In this document: positions 12,001-17,689 of the stretch, piece after piece
How positions within the stretch are numbered: the first letter of the stretch is position 1
Layout of the letters: the number at the start of each line of letters is the position of its first letter
Source of the DNA: Bacteroidaceae bacterium
Lineage (GTDB): Bacteria; Bacteroidota; Bacteroidia; Bacteroidales; Bacteroidaceae
NCBI GenBank assembly: GCA_017647725.1
Contig: JAGCKB010000176.1
Coordinates: forward strand, 1 to 58,328
Direction of reading: 5' to 3'
Length of the DNA stretch: 58,328 nucleotides
Translations under genes and position numbers: made by a program
The notes under the pieces: model-generated
Told to the model about the DNA's origin: nothing
Databases searched by the model: none
Seen by the model: the letters and a program-made list of their open reading frames with translations, nothing else

Positions 12001-12216
12001 ACCGAATATGAAGGCGCGTATGAGGAAATGATTAACGCGCCCGAGATGGAGATGTATTGGACGGTTAAAAAGTATAGCGGTAAGGTTAGTGAGCTTAATT
12101 CAATCATCAAAAGTTACCCCCTCAGTGATACTGAAAAGAAGGAGATTGAGACTGAAATAAGGAAGCTAAAACAGGAAATGTTGACCGAGGTTGATAAATT
12201 GCTACCCGAGGAGTGA
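55..12216 (+). CDS. giant polyvalent protein (>=4053 aa): N6-adenine DNA methyltransferase + SNF2/DEAD-like helicase + two zincin-like motifs + hydrophobic C-terminal region; probably virion-packaged/injected
   Basis: Single uninterrupted ORF. The same frame has no stop back to nt 1, so the real 5' end may lie outside the window (the listed start is GTG). Motifs read from the translation: EPSVGIGNF and NPPY (MTase); GFGKT, DEVH, SATP, QIEGRGWRQGN (helicase); HEDTH and HEAVAH (metallopeptidase-like). It ends ~110 nt upstream of the portal gene, followed by a hairpin terminator. Confidence 0.85.
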   Translation: MKRVFDAELEKAMATFDEETVQKLMDDPEAALSQMNEIDREEAQSFVDAFVRYEAMIDRVSDDIDERIKASDKEIERRVNKGDGLIHPAMLRGENGQPARRVYVVSGNVAISGDGTIDKAKSSDFIIVRDAETGELDKATASDFESVDETIDTGAEKQTAADEIARQMAEEKAALIEGGSQGESSQPVSGEGVSPVAVQGENSPVVDKKVRRAELEKIIPVKGKKKQFTEVEPAVTAEYISLLTDDAAKQVAAADKYIAMIQEAQQKADPVEALEMDEQIAYWESVKALLAPQEQAESAQPVAETAPVVETPQATNEMQEADLTEDVKTEDVNQSENNLEMVVEGAAPGNGGVYADNQGNPVDADGKLIIEEVASIDEITDEDFETPTRNVQLPAIPENVAIALGANGRPVVIKKNVFEKNSNTHVELEPEDSRNILRSALYNPNIVGSTQPIRRPDYKVAIRTGEQNAVVVLDVYQEKDFVEIVGWRMVNEKGLAKMQRQAEREGGQFLILSPNDGSAAALSALPLGLSSASESTTQSAKEQENTQKSGETADNGGENAVPEGDITDSVLNGLWESREEYGYSEDVAPLYDALYEALPESHPVSKRGKYIRQLIETSKKYNHPLAKAVLDNVAEGAAPGNGGVEENEEVGPFGRIYRQFKGKAKEAIRFLLSKKEGEAVGALSHPEIGDIDLVWGEEGTSNSDGYGLAKLAKYHPEVLENLQEIINDMRVTKRSANRVQLEGDTHQAAVRLTWDNKSKNWLLTAFEKKNSVSDNTTDTGETSDGGKQNDTATLQNTVSTDESTTQSAKEQEISVKSDETAQKGRKPSGKSGPKQINVESLMGELNKKGEAKLSDHVVNPSGNKLVTDERYNELKERMRKKLGGQMNIGVDPEILAIGTEMAVYHIEKGARKFADFAKGMIADLGDAIRPYLKAFYNGARELPEIEEAGLAKDMTPYDDVKAFDVANFDKPSVDAMATAETVTREAEVAKDVEAVKAPKKREGAEGKTLRKATQEDLESNPEVYYKGEKHRILMLVHRGEQASNGNFTKPVIERVYLENMQSVKVDDLYVEDTDVNASINENDFLPSQQTNINNLKDDNNGRKENTHTDNSGAQLGREELPDTEQVGAGVPVQDTARNSKRKRRNAGVGSSELGNGPQYDVNRNYTNEEIEEIVSSVTDIVDGKVVITGEVTDDIKAIVRGYESGGIAKKGRGILDEYYTDGKIVDAVNLLVAPYFNSTTPIRVLEPSVGIGNFIEAVNNIPTSEVVAFEINETTARIAKILYPDVDVNLRSFETEFIDESGNKKPLPKKYSLVIGNPPYGSHRGLYKGLGEESKIARYEDYFVKRSLDVLDEGGVLAMVLPSSWMDRHTKFGGYTIERAYRLPSGAFEATQVGTDIVILRKDSSVPVMERAPYFEQHPERVLGEIKERKGRYGRTETFVEGDIDAAIEAIKKENAEQVAELLSIEKNNDALNDIESAVEETGGTEKAVAIVKEAQDSEKAASKREQSTSSLDAMPSESGLRNAKADNKPATKPSGKPGKYKVELNRGVETLPTALQFTHEFSDGEVEAFADTDYEGALSNPAKHKRFANYIGGQAIHDFYYAEGDIYSKLAQLEQEKNYIVENYGAEQYEKQKALLESVMPKQKSLEEITISPNTTFVKNLNVLTEGGRVSLKDMFVEFCHKLPRQAFGNSSPWEVVGYVNNEQVHGTDKQRNALIRERRKRVANDLFNKFLYEELSDNAKRQVVAAFNREYNSTYRPDYSKVPMFSTINKDFKGKPLKLTSVQLAGIGRMTVKGVGVLAHEVGFGKTLSGILAMHEAMTRGFAEKPLIVVPNDNILKQWVETIGEVLPNATVNTLGNLGTGYDLTNFKVNPGEFTIVTYEGLKAMSFSDYTYNHLAAKFSYITEDLNKHQSERDVQKEIEKKNELKGKMKRGAKQSYMFEDFGFDWLTVDEVHNANHIVSKVRLDKSVASDFRSQSQRTSDLGLKTWLAAQYIQEENNGRNVLLLSATPFTNKPLEYYSILSLVANDMLERKGFFNVDQFFATFMEADNELEIGANGRPTQKTNVRRFRNNGLFQQLLSEFIDIKGEEDNPELVRPERLNKEYKIAQNDLTAEAMAAAQELLSDNDTVLQGITHARAAAFSPYATSLLGTLPKNHKEFVKNSPKIDATIKMIEQNIKDRPDAGQIIYSEVGVEYFPLIRDYLVKESGLKPSEVRIITGATSNNERVNIQSAFNDGEVKVVIGSPAIKEGLNLQGNTTDMYILSLPWNFTQLRQIEGRGWRQGNRWENIRINYMLTNDSVDVFMLQRLQLKQGLYNEAMKSGAESLDVSDIDTAELKTALITDPAVRAEIVTIQERAKLQQEKTQIEADLSFVMRKYEAYNKLVEKLESQKGSIKMYREWAKKGDAYWAQRAEQEEALLPNIENELEAEKQNLLKKGVNVDDIISQTQQAQSAIAAIEAKIDNLKEFQEELTQKYREENEAKEMERGDLVSTYIKERRAENRGSFYKIRPKESETKVTDENAEDGVLFRGVNKQAEEFNKTHKGGVPVVEIDPNNMEAELAEEGFATEEIEELKERMKKSVAAVYHTDKKIIYLLVPSQDKESVYSICWHEDTHAAIDFLGLTPEMMDEFYSFAQGKKKEAFEALLDKIGYEIEEYPEESLAYGVQAMHILDNWGAETLSKLFGSTAEGAQRQMEIIQPLIDYINNGRQGTQSSVGEVVRDRGMYNNTANQKKTAETEGTGATATGGLTEDQIDAIQSVMGISRKEVIERYGKKNRTMLRKGEGSLTDREVVMESDPYSKVLGKPRYYGKRQREFVARQRRRMAEKARGVAEKLNLDNVEVLESAKGLTGKKAASKGWFDSRTGKITVVVSNHGSTTDITETVLHEAVAHYGLRRLFGNSFDAFLDNVFRNVTPEIRAEITELAKRNGWDFHTATEEYLASLAENTNFERVNPSLWSNIKSFFMKMLAKVGITLDEPLGDNELRYILWRSYRNMALDGNLDNVFGLAEDVAKQYELGVGNYAEALPEDSEAAEDESGIRFRAGEPGMPGSAREEYNRRVRRPNKSGSVTITENVVGRALEAYQDSMFALKVLQDAVQAETGNVIADNENAYMAENRMSSTNQAQTEVYMRDYFAPLMEEVRELIGAGVEYVDVVRYLHAKHGIERNEYMRRKQAEEAARKDMGTEPVLPKEGEPDYEAKVAEKAAWREALEERTELYVKMFAKRDYSGLTALTETANAKEAEKAAQKMVDEFERAHDTKPLWKAINSATKESLKNNFVCGLIDRATYDSVSRMFDFYIPLRGWDENVAANEYEYLTSNKPMLSPTLKTMHGRTSLADDPLATIAHMATSAIVQGNRNLMKQKFMNFVMNNPTSLVTVSEQWYVLNNATKEWEPYTPTIPEDATPEQVVKILEDFEDKMLAAEREGTATRKRAGLKIGLHATKAEGQEHVVRVKRNGKEYCIYINGNPRAAQALNGLTNPDASGNKAYKRALEVKNFMARMFTSQNPAFIITNLTRDVIWAGTAVAAKENGAYVRQYTKNITGALVKLKLPKLIRKFQNGTLNMNNEVERYFNEFMLNGGETGFTQVNTVDDYKKKINRLVEESKNDVGIPERAWRGFRKGVKFLGSGVEFLNRSAEDVTRFNVYMTSRQMGRSIARSVWDAKEITVNFNKKGSGGMRARYVNFAYIFFNATVQSAANFGKLAYNNPGKMSAALGLTGTIGFMLPIINNAMLAMFGDDDDKDAYWNLPEWVRRNNIVLWVGGGFITIPLPHELRPFYGMGEAAYSVLAGKQEAEDAIASAAKGFAELLPLDFTGNGGDAVINFTPTIVQPIVQIWRNTDYFGKPIYRDNPFNKRAPEWTKAYKGTNSTLVAATKWLNELGGGDDVKSGGLLDWNPAWIEHTVESYLGGVGKTLNKTYKTFSMIWDDEMREWKNVPVVSSFYQSEDEKTADRHLNEEYFDLVDGLEEFEYLLNGYRKQIMKGKTEYEGAYEEMINAPEMEMYWTVKKYSGKVSELNSIIKSYPLSDTEKKEIETEIRKLKQEMLTEVDKLLPEE
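1084..1986 (+). repeat. 30-nt linker repeat pair inside the giant ORF (copies 1084-1113 and 1957-1986)
   Basis: GAGGGTGC(C/G)GCTCCCGGCAATGGCGG(T/A)GTG is 28/30 identical between copies. Both copies encode EGAAPGNGGV. Confidence 0.9.
1653..2491 (+). repeat. 35-nt perfect repeat pair inside the giant ORF (copies 1653-1687 and 2457-2491)
   Basis: CGAAAGTACAACACAATCTGCAAAAGAGCAAGAGA is identical in both copies, and both encode ESTTQSAKEQE. Each copy is followed a few nt later by the near-repeat AAAAGTG(G/A)CGAAACTGCG. Confidence 0.9.
3652..4315 (+). other. N6-adenine DNA methyltransferase domain of the giant ORF
   Basis: SAM-binding-like EPSVGIGNF at nt 3790-3816 and catalytic NPPY (in VIGNPPYG) at nt 4003-4014. 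Domain borders are approximate. Confidence 0.8.
5400..6930 (+). other. SNF2/DEAD-like helicase domain of the giant ORF
   Basis: Motif I HEVGFGKT (GFGKT at nt 5467-5481), motif II DEVH (5908-5919), motif III SATP (6076-6087), motif VI-like QIEGRGWRQGN (6877-6909). Confidence 0.8.
7885..7899 (+). other. HExxH zincin-like motif 1 (HEDTH) in the giant ORF
   Basis: Context is SVYSICWHEDTHAAIDF. This is a motif-only call. Confidence 0.45.
8710..8727 (+). other. HExxxH zincin-like motif 2 (HEAVAH) in the giant ORF
   Basis: Context TDITETVLHEAVAHYGLRRLFG resembles the context of motif 1: a beta-strand-like run, then H-E. This is a motif-only call. Confidence 0.4.
10570..11420 (+). other. hydrophobic (possible membrane-inserting) segments in the C-terminal quarter of the giant ORF
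   Basis: Runs such as NPAFIITNLTRDVIWAGTAVAA, YVNFAYIFFNATVQSAANFG, MSAALGLTGTIGFMLPIINNAMLAMFG and NIVLWVGGGFITIPLP were read from the translation. Confidence 0.45.
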
Positions 12217-12221
12217 CGGAA

Positions 12222-12253
12222 AGAGGGGGCACCGAAAGGTGCTCTCTCTTTTT
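12222..12253 (+). terminator. intrinsic terminator after the giant ORF
   Basis: AGAGGGGGCACC-GAAA-GGTGCTCTCTCT stem (with G-U pairs) and a GNRA loop, followed by TTTTT. Confidence 0.7.
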
Positions 12254-12325
12254 AAACAGATAAAACGGATAAAAGTTTTGTAATGGACAAGGGGTATATC
12301 TTCGCGTAGATAATATTTATTTACG

Positions 12326-14281
12326 ATGGAGAGAAAAAGACTTATTCCGAAGAGTCGCGCAGTGTTTAAGCAGAATGCTGAGCTGGACACAGTGAAGAGG
12401 GCTAAGAGCCGAGAAGGACGCGCGATGGATATTCTGATGGAGGCGCAGGTGCATTGGACGAATATGGACAAGTTCAGGCGCGACAGGGAGAGAAACAAGA
12501 GATATGCGTATGGCGACCAGTGGAAGGATATTGTGACGGTTGACGGCAAGACGATGACCGAGGAGCAGTATATCCTTGAACAGGGTAACATTCCACTAAA
12601 GAATAACCTTATACGCAGGTTGCTTAGGAATATGCTTGGTGCATACCGAATGCAGACGAAAGAGCCGTTGTGTGTGGCGCGTGACCGCGATGAACAACAA
12701 CTTGGAGAAACAATGAGCGCGATGTTGCAGTATAATGGTCAGTTGAATATGCTGCAGGGATTGTATGCGCGAGGTATGGAGGAGTTTTTGATTAGTGGTC
12801 TCATTGCACACAAGAAATGGTTTGGGTGGAATAGTAAACGTGACAAGTCGGATTGTTGGACTGATCCTGTTGACCCGAGCTGTTTCTTTGTGGATAACAA
12901 TATGAAGGACTTTCGCACGTGGGATGTGTCGTTCATTGGCGAGATACACGATGTTAGTTTTGAAGATTTGTGCGGGCAGTTCGCACATTCGCCGGGAGAC
13001 TACGCAAGGTTGACGGATATTTACCGTATGGCAAGAGATAAGGAGCTCGTGATAAATAATTATTCTGACTTTGGATATACGAAACCGAGAAATGATAGTT
13101 TTCTATTCCCTACGGACCTATCGAAATGCCGTGTTATAGAGGTGTGGAAGCTGGAGAGTAAACCGAGGATTCGTTGCCGTGATTACAATACGGGCGAACT
13201 TTACAAGATTGACATTGAGGACTATGAGGAGTTGGTGGTGAGAGAGAATGCTGAGAGACACCGACAGGCGCGTGAGGTTGGTATGCCTGATGAGGACGTG
13301 CCGGAGATTGTGCCTGAGTGGTTTTACGATAGCTTTTGGTATAGGTATTACTTGACACCATTTGGTGATATTCTTGAAGAGGGCGAGACTCCATACGAGC
13401 ATAAGAGCCACCCTTATGTGTTCAAGATGTATCCTTTTATAGACGGTGAGATACATTCTTTTGTGGCGGATGTGATTGACCAGCAGAGATACACGAACCG
13501 ATTGATTACCTTATATGATTGGATAATGCGCGCGAGCGCGAAGGGTGTATTGCTGTTCCCCGAGGAGTGTTTGCCTGACGGTACGAGTTTGGAGGATATT
13601 GCGGAGAATTGGGCTAGATTTGACGGCGTGATAGCGATAAAGGCTAAAGCGGGTGTGCCTCTGCCACAGCAGATAAGTAACAACTCGACGAATATAGGCA
13701 TTACCGAGTTGCTTAACTTGCAGTTAAAGTTGTTTGAGGATATTAGTGGCGTGAATGGTGCCCTTCAAGGTAAACAGGGTTACAGCGGTATGAGCGCATC
13801 GTTATATGCACAGCAGGCGCAAAATGCTTCGACATCGCTACTTGACCTGTTTGAGACATACAGCGAGTTCGTTATTGACGCTGCATATAAGGATGTGAAG
13901 AATATCCAGCAGTCGTATGACCGCAAAAAGATATTTAACATTGCGGGTAGGAAGGCTGAGGTCGTATACGACCCTGAGAAGATTAGGGATGTTGAGTTTG
14001 ACCTGTCTATCGTGGAGAGTAATATGACGCCGGTTTTCCGTGAACGCGCAAACGAGCTGCTTATGGAGCTGTTTAAAGCGAAGGCCATCAATGTGGAGCA
14101 GTTGCTTGAGAGTGGTAGTTTCCCATTTGCGGATGAGTTGTTGCAGAGTATACGCAATCAACAGCAGGCAGTGCAGAACGGACAGATGCCGCAGGGATTA
14201 CCGCCCGAGCTTATGGCACAGGTACAGCAAGGAGCTGATATGATGGCAGTGAACAGAGCACAGCAGTTGCTGGCGGCTTGA
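12326..14281 (+). CDS. portal protein
   Basis: A 651-aa ORF lying between the giant ORF and the terminase/scaffold/capsid genes. The N-terminal RNKRYAYGDQW-type motif is typical of portal N-termini. The call rests on size and synteny. Confidence 0.75.
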   Translation: MERKRLIPKSRAVFKQNAELDTVKRAKSREGRAMDILMEAQVHWTNMDKFRRDRERNKRYAYGDQWKDIVTVDGKTMTEEQYILEQGNIPLKNNLIRRLLRNMLGAYRMQTKEPLCVARDRDEQQLGETMSAMLQYNGQLNMLQGLYARGMEEFLISGLIAHKKWFGWNSKRDKSDCWTDPVDPSCFFVDNNMKDFRTWDVSFIGEIHDVSFEDLCGQFAHSPGDYARLTDIYRMARDKELVINNYSDFGYTKPRNDSFLFPTDLSKCRVIEVWKLESKPRIRCRDYNTGELYKIDIEDYEELVVRENAERHRQAREVGMPDEDVPEIVPEWFYDSFWYRYYLTPFGDILEEGETPYEHKSHPYVFKMYPFIDGEIHSFVADVIDQQRYTNRLITLYDWIMRASAKGVLLFPEECLPDGTSLEDIAENWARFDGVIAIKAKAGVPLPQQISNNSTNIGITELLNLQLKLFEDISGVNGALQGKQGYSGMSASLYAQQAQNASTSLLDLFETYSEFVIDAAYKDVKNIQQSYDRKKIFNIAGRKAEVVYDPEKIRDVEFDLSIVESNMTPVFRERANELLMELFKAKAINVEQLLESGSFPFADELLQSIRNQQQAVQNGQMPQGLPPELMAQVQQGADMMAVNRAQQLLAA

Positions 14282-14290
14282 TAAGATGAA

Positions 14291-14317
14291 AGCGTGACAA
14301 ATTGTCACGCTTTTTTT
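14291..14317. terminator. bidirectional hairpin terminator between the convergent portal and terminase genes
   Basis: AGCGTGACA-aat-TGTCACGCT followed by T7. It overlaps the terminase stop codon. Confidence 0.75.
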
Positions 14318-16424
14318 ATATGGTTGCTGCTGAGATAGCGCGGCGAGGTCGTAGCGCTGTGTGGCTTATCTTGACTACTCGAGGTAATTCCATCTCGTTG
14401 TAGCTGATGTGTAGACCGATAGCGCGTGTCATTAAGAGGTCGTCGTGCTTGCCGATGATAGCGCCGTAACTACCGTTTTGTTTCTTTTCGTAGGTTAGGT
14501 ATTCATCAAGGCAGCGCACGTCGCGCTCGGTGTACAGCCCTTCACGGACTATCTCGATGAGATTGGAGATAATCATTGGCTTGGTTGCGACGTTGGTGTG
14601 AAAACCGTATTTCTTTGGCGCGGGTTCTATTATATCTGCCGCATTTTGTTTGCGCGCATACAGGTTGTCATACACTCCGCTTATTTGGTTAAGGATATAG
14701 CCGGATTGGTCGCCCTCGATATTGCGCTCTCGGTCGTGGGTCTCGAGGGTATTAGATTCGATTACTAAAAGAGCGTTATCGTAATAGGTGGCTACCTGTA
14801 CTGCTTTCCACGCTAGGATGTCCATATCGATATGCCCGTACCACTGAGCAACTACTGAAGGCTTGCCGCCATCCATCATAAAGAAACGGTCGAGGACAAG
14901 GATGACGGAGTAGTCGGCTTTGCTGCTACGCCCACCAATATCGACAATGGTAAGATAGCGATTTAGCACGCGCTCATTGGGGTCTTTTTCGGGGTGTTGC
15001 CATATCCATAGTTCGCCGGTGTTGTCGGCTGTGAAACGGATGTTTTTGAGCGCGTTCTCGCCTTTGCGTTCCTTGCCGATGACGTCGCCGATCTCTTTTG
15101 GCGGACGACAGGATTTCTTAAGCTCTTCGACTTTGTATTTGTCAAAGACCTTTGCCCCGGAGTGTACAAAGGCTTCTATATCATCGCTCGGGTACTCCGA
15201 GGCCATATCACCGTGGTCGTTGTACTTTGAACGCTCTTGTATGTACCAGTTGATGGCTTCGAGGGTTGCGCCTCGTTCCCACAGCCACCATAGGTATTTG
15301 CCACTCTCCTCGCGCTTGTTGTTGACGTTGGTATTCTCGCGATTCTTGTATAGTTTGCTGGCAAAGGCTTCTACATCGTTGATGGCGAGGCTGTATTGTT
15401 CAATCTCGTACCAAGAGATAAACAGGGGTTTGAATTGCGAGCTGCCGTCTTTTGCGGCTTGGTATTCATTATGGAAGAAATTGCCTGTGCCGTTGGCGGT
15501 GGACTCGTAGACTATCATTGTGTAGGGACGGTAGAGAATACCGGAGCAGGCTGAACGTACAATATCCTCGGGGCTTCGGCCATCGGTTTTTTTCCACAGG
15601 CCTACCTCGGTGAGGTGTACTAGATTGTAGTCGCCTCCACGGGCGGAGTCGGGTTTCTCGGCTGTACCTATTTTGATTTTGCAATTTCGCTGTGGTATGC
15701 GATGGATGTTACCTCCGTTGCCGACACCGACAATCTTTGGCTCGTTGCTGGAGTATGTCTCACCGAGTTTGTGTAGCATTTCCACCGGGTATTCGGCAAT
15801 CATCTTATCGAACATATCGCGCACTTCATAGGCTGCCGCAAGAACGTGGCCCACGATGAGTGAGTTGAGACCTATGCGATGGACGAGTTGCAACCACGCC
15901 ATATATACCTGAGTGCCGGTGGAACCGCCCCATTGTCGGGCTTTGAGCACGATGATACGGATGGGCTTGCCGGCTTTGCGGTCGTCCTCGAAACTGCCGA
16001 TGAGTCTACGCTGCGGACGATTGAGACGGAAGAGTATGTCTGCTCCACCGCCTTTGGCTTTGATGTAGACGTAGAATGCCGCCCAAAAAGGAAAGTCGTA
16101 GCGGCAGCGCAAGCGTACAAATTGCTCAATGGTTTTGAGCCTTGCGTCGTCATAGTCATATTCGCTGACGTCTAATGACTGGAGGAATGAGTCTAGGCTG
16201 CCGTGGTTGAGGATTTGTTTTACTAAAGGTATCTTCATCATCTCTACCGGCAGATGCTGTACAGGCAATGGAAAGTCAGGGATTTCAACACGCTTACGTT
16301 GACCGAGCGAGCCCTCACCGGTTATGGGGTTGAAGGGCGCGCGAATAGCGTCGTTTCGGCGGTTGTTTTCCTCGAGTATTAGCCTAACTGGTGTCTTAAT
16401 CTCTTTTTCGTCTCCTCGTAGCAT
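14316..16424 (-). CDS. terL: terminase large subunit
   Basis: 702 aa. Walker-A-like VLKARQWGGSTG, and a C-terminal nuclease-like segment TIVDIGGRSSKADYSVILVLD. Confidence 0.85.
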   Translation of the reverse strand: MLRGDEKEIKTPVRLILEENNRRNDAIRAPFNPITGEGSLGQRKRVEIPDFPLPVQHLPVEMMKIPLVKQILNHGSLDSFLQSLDVSEYDYDDARLKTIEQFVRLRCRYDFPFWAAFYVYIKAKGGGADILFRLNRPQRRLIGSFEDDRKAGKPIRIIVLKARQWGGSTGTQVYMAWLQLVHRIGLNSLIVGHVLAAAYEVRDMFDKMIAEYPVEMLHKLGETYSSNEPKIVGVGNGGNIHRIPQRNCKIKIGTAEKPDSARGGDYNLVHLTEVGLWKKTDGRSPEDIVRSACSGILYRPYTMIVYESTANGTGNFFHNEYQAAKDGSSQFKPLFISWYEIEQYSLAINDVEAFASKLYKNRENTNVNNKREESGKYLWWLWERGATLEAINWYIQERSKYNDHGDMASEYPSDDIEAFVHSGAKVFDKYKVEELKKSCRPPKEIGDVIGKERKGENALKNIRFTADNTGELWIWQHPEKDPNERVLNRYLTIVDIGGRSSKADYSVILVLDRFFMMDGGKPSVVAQWYGHIDMDILAWKAVQVATYYDNALLVIESNTLETHDRERNIEGDQSGYILNQISGVYDNLYARKQNAADIIEPAPKKYGFHTNVATKPMIISNLIEIVREGLYTERDVRCLDEYLTYEKKQNGSYGAIIGKHDDLLMTRAIGLHISYNEMELPRVVKISHTALRPRRAISAATI

Positions 16425-16819
16425 TTTCGTTTTAGCCTGTAAATGATTTCGCGTACGCTCTTCGCGGCCATATAAAATCTCGGTGCCGGCTGATTGACGA
16501 TCTCACCCACAAGCAGCGAGACCGGTTGCCCGGGGCGTTGTTTGCGTAGCTCGAGATAGCGGTGGTAAATCTCTTCGTACATCTCGGCTTTCGTGCCTAG
16601 CATATTGCTGAGATGTGCGCCTTTGAGCATTGCCAACACGACAAGGGTTGCGCGTTCTTCGGTAACCCAAAAGCGCTCAGTGGGACTGTCGGCAATGCGC
16701 TGATAAAAGGAGAGATCGAGGCTGTCGCAGAGTGGAAAAAGCTCGCGAAAAGATTTAAGGAGACTGCGGTTACGCTCGGTCTCAAGAGGAAATTTACTGC
16801 CTTGTCTTTTCATAATCAC
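16379..16819 (-). CDS. hypothetical protein; positional candidate for terminase small subunit
   Basis: 146-aa ORF directly upstream of terL, overlapping it by 46 nt. No motif recognised. Confidence 0.45.
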   Translation of the reverse strand: MIMKRQGSKFPLETERNRSLLKSFRELFPLCDSLDLSFYQRIADSPTERFWVTEERATLVVLAMLKGAHLSNMLGTKAEMYEEIYHRYLELRKQRPGQPVSLLVGEIVNQPAPRFYMAAKSVREIIYRLKRKCYEETKKRLRHQLG

Positions 16820-16928
16820 GAAGTTGCGTACTACAAAGTTACAATCGGCCTCTTTAAACGGATAAAGTTACCGCTAGGCTGTTACCTCTTATTTTCGCAC
16901 TAGAGTAATTGTAAATCTTTGTTTATAG

Positions 16929-17663
16929 ATGGAAAATATTGGTAATAAGCAAGTTATGAGCCGTAAGGATAAAATGCTCGAGCGAATGCAGGCAAAATAT
17001 CCAGAGAGCAATTTCGAGGATGAAGAGGTTTTGTACGGTCGTATTTCGGACGATTTAGACGAATTAGACGAAGAGTTGTCATCGATGCGCGAGAGAGAGA
17101 AATCTTTTGTGGATATGTTCACCGGCAACCCTCGCTCGGCTGAGTTCTTGATGGCTTGGAAAAAGGGTGGTGACCCGATGGTTGAATTGGTACGAGCATA
17201 CGGTACTGATGGTCTGAAAGAGATGATTGATGACCCTGCGAAACTTGATGAGGTGGCGGAGGCTAACAAAGAATATTTGGCGCGTGTGGCTAAATCGAGA
17301 GAGCTTGAAGAGGAGTACAAGGCTAACCTCGCAAAGTCAATGGAGGATATTGCGGCTATCGAGGGTGATGACGCGAAGATTGACGAGGCGGTGGAGTGGC
17401 TGATGCGAATTGGACGCGATGCAATTATGGGAGTTGTGAATCCGAAGGATGTGCAAATCGCGATGAAGGCTCTTGCGTATGACACTGACGTGGAGACGGC
17501 AGCTATCGAGGGCGAGGTTCGAGGCCGAAATGCGAAGATTGACGAAAAGTTGAGAAAGGCTTCGGGCGGTGATGGTACTGCAAGACTTGGCGGCAGCGGA
17601 AGAATAGCGACATCGCAGAGAGCACCACAAAGCATATTTGACCTTGCAGCAGAAGCAAGATAA
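16929..17663 (+). CDS. scaffolding-like protein
   Basis: 244 aa, highly acidic with helical/coiled-coil-like composition, immediately upstream of the capsid gene. Confidence 0.6.
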   Translation: MENIGNKQVMSRKDKMLERMQAKYPESNFEDEEVLYGRISDDLDELDEELSSMREREKSFVDMFTGNPRSAEFLMAWKKGGDPMVELVRAYGTDGLKEMIDDPAKLDEVAEANKEYLARVAKSRELEEEYKANLAKSMEDIAAIEGDDAKIDEAVEWLMRIGRDAIMGVVNPKDVQIAMKALAYDTDVETAAIEGEVRGRNAKIDEKLRKASGGDGTARLGGSGRIATSQRAPQSIFDLAAEAR

Positions 17664-17689
17664 GTTTAACCTTAAATATTATAAAAAAA

